DNA of 64,000 nt from Macrostomum hystrix (lineage: Eukaryota; Animalia; Platyhelminthes): contig CATNEN010000035.1 in NCBI GenBank assembly GCA_950097015.1, positions 806,001-870,000 of the forward strand. The letters run 5' to 3'. Below are positions 62,607 to 64,000 of this stretch, piece by piece; within the stretch, counting starts at the first letter, position 1, and every line of letters starts with the position of its first letter. The notes under the pieces are model-generated. The model made no database searches. It worked only from the letters and a program-made list of their open reading frames with translations, and was not told the DNA's origin. The translations under genes and the position numbers were made by a program.

Positions 62607-64000
62607 GGGCAAGAGGCGCCGAGTGAGCTACCAGCTCCGTCTCGCCAGCGCCACCGACCTAGCGGGGTCGGACGTCAGCACATTAAGATTGAGGTCATCA
62701 CTGTCGAAAGTAGCCAGTCTCTCCCTGCGGAGGGCCGGGCATTGAAGCCAGTGTTCCACGTCTTCCGGGGCCATACCGCAACGGAGGCAGGTGGGGTCGG
62801 CGTGCGGGTTGATAACGCTGCTATAGGCCCGCAGAAGGCTACAGTGGCCCGAACGCAGCCTGGCCAGGAGCACCGCGTCCTGACGGGTGCGAATCTCAGC
62901 CCTGTCCCGCTGGCGGTCCAGGGCGCCGTAGACGGCAGCTGTCCGGGCATGTCTGATGGGCGGGTCTGCAATGTGACGTCGGGCGGCCGCCAGCGCACTC
63001 CACATCGAAATTGGCGCGCTGGAGTTGTCGGCAGGAGCAGCAGCCGCCTGCTTGGCCGCCTCATCGGCTAGCTCGTTACCAGCCAGCCCGCAGTGCCCCG
63101 GAACCCACTGAAGCATGAGAGCGGCCGCTGGAGTGCGAAGATCCGGGAGGGCGCTGCGCGCTGGGGCTTTTCCAGCCAGGGCCGACAGCAGAGATCTGCT
63201 GTCGCTGCAGATGACGACACGTCCTGCAATTTCGTGCCGTCGGATCCAGGTGGTAGCCAAACTGAGCGCGCGGCACTCTTCATCATACGAGCAGGTGATG
63301 CGACTGCCCTTGGCCATGATGGTGTCCAGCACCTCAGGTGCGGCCGGGTCACCGCGGGTGACGACGGCAGCGGCGCCACCGTCGGAGCAGCCGCCTAGGG
63401 CCGACCCATCAGTGTAAATGACCAGGTCGGCCTCATAGCGGCGGATGGCCGCCTCAGCGCAGAGCCGTCCCGACATGTCGTCTTGGCTTGTGTCGACATC
63501 TACCGCCCCGACGAGATCACAGGTCACGTTGAGGCCCGCAGCTCGAGGCACCCACGGGCAACTGGGCAGGTGGGGTAGCATCTCGCGATGATCCAAATCG
63601 TCTGGGAGCTTGGCTAGCAGTTCAACGGCCCTTTTACGCCAGCTTCCCCTAGCAGTGCGATGCGCGACGACAGGCACGGCAGCCATACGCCGCGGGTGGT
63701 CAGCTGGCAGACGCAGAGCTTTCTCGTATGCGGCAAGGCAAAGCTGGTCCCTGGTGGTGGCAACGGTACAAATTCCTGCCTCGAGGTGAAGGGCCTCAGT
63801 AGGCGTGGAACGCAGCTGTCCGGTGACAATGCGGAGCGCGTTGTTCTGCGCACGTTGCAGCCGCGCAACCGCGGAGTCGGCCAACCAGGGTTGCCAGGCC
63901 GGAGCAGCGTAGTGGAGCACGCTCATCTGGAGTGCCTTGAAGGTCCGGAGGAGGCTCTCTTTAGGCCAGCCCCACGCCCTCGCAGACAGACACGCCAGGA
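62607..64000 (-). mobile_element. I-group (Ingi-like) LINE 3' end: RT C-terminus, RNase H and CCHC-like finger; runs off the window
   Basis: VLHYAAPAW, IYTDGS, ICSDSRS, LQWVPGHCGLAGNELAD, LARLRSGH and CLRC...EDVEHWL.C. The ORF 62628-63926+ is uninterrupted. Confidence 0.92.

Noticed and set aside
62416-63071. Poly-Cys and poly-Leu ORFs
   Set aside because: Translations of the CTG/TTG microsatellite and the antisense strand of the LINE.

Overview
Metazoan genomic DNA (spliceosomal introns, very GC3-rich host CDS; a flatworm-like host is plausible but cannot be proven here). Only two intact host genes are present, both at the left end and convergent: an alpha-tubulin (ATG-only first exon) and mitochondrial ribosomal protein S17. 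From about 5.3 kb onward the window is a stack of nested transposons. An old minus-strand Ty3/gypsy element (about 9.5-35.0 kb) has been split by a 281-bp hAT-type MITE, a very young 10.6-kb LTR element and an 11.7-kb CACTA/EnSpm-like element. The CACTA element itself carries a long-TIR mariner, a MULE-like MITE, an intron-containing Crypton tyrosine recombinase and two copies of an unclassified repeat. Further right lie an APE-type LINE with a 2A-like motif, a solo LTR, a minisatellite-filled Helitron-like element, more CACTA relics, a Harbinger fragment, an IS630/Tc1-type element, a 23-bp satellite and an RNase H-bearing LINE. The most interesting object is the young LTR element (11549-22158). 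It has 2344-bp near-identical LTRs, an intact gag, a canonical -1 frameshift signal into a complete protease that stops cleanly, and no RT, RNase H or integrase. In their place are an orphan ORF, duplicated structured-RNA-like modules and a possible antisense transcription unit, so it has a PEG10/TR-GAG-like architecture. All family assignments come from motif recognition by eye, not from database searches.
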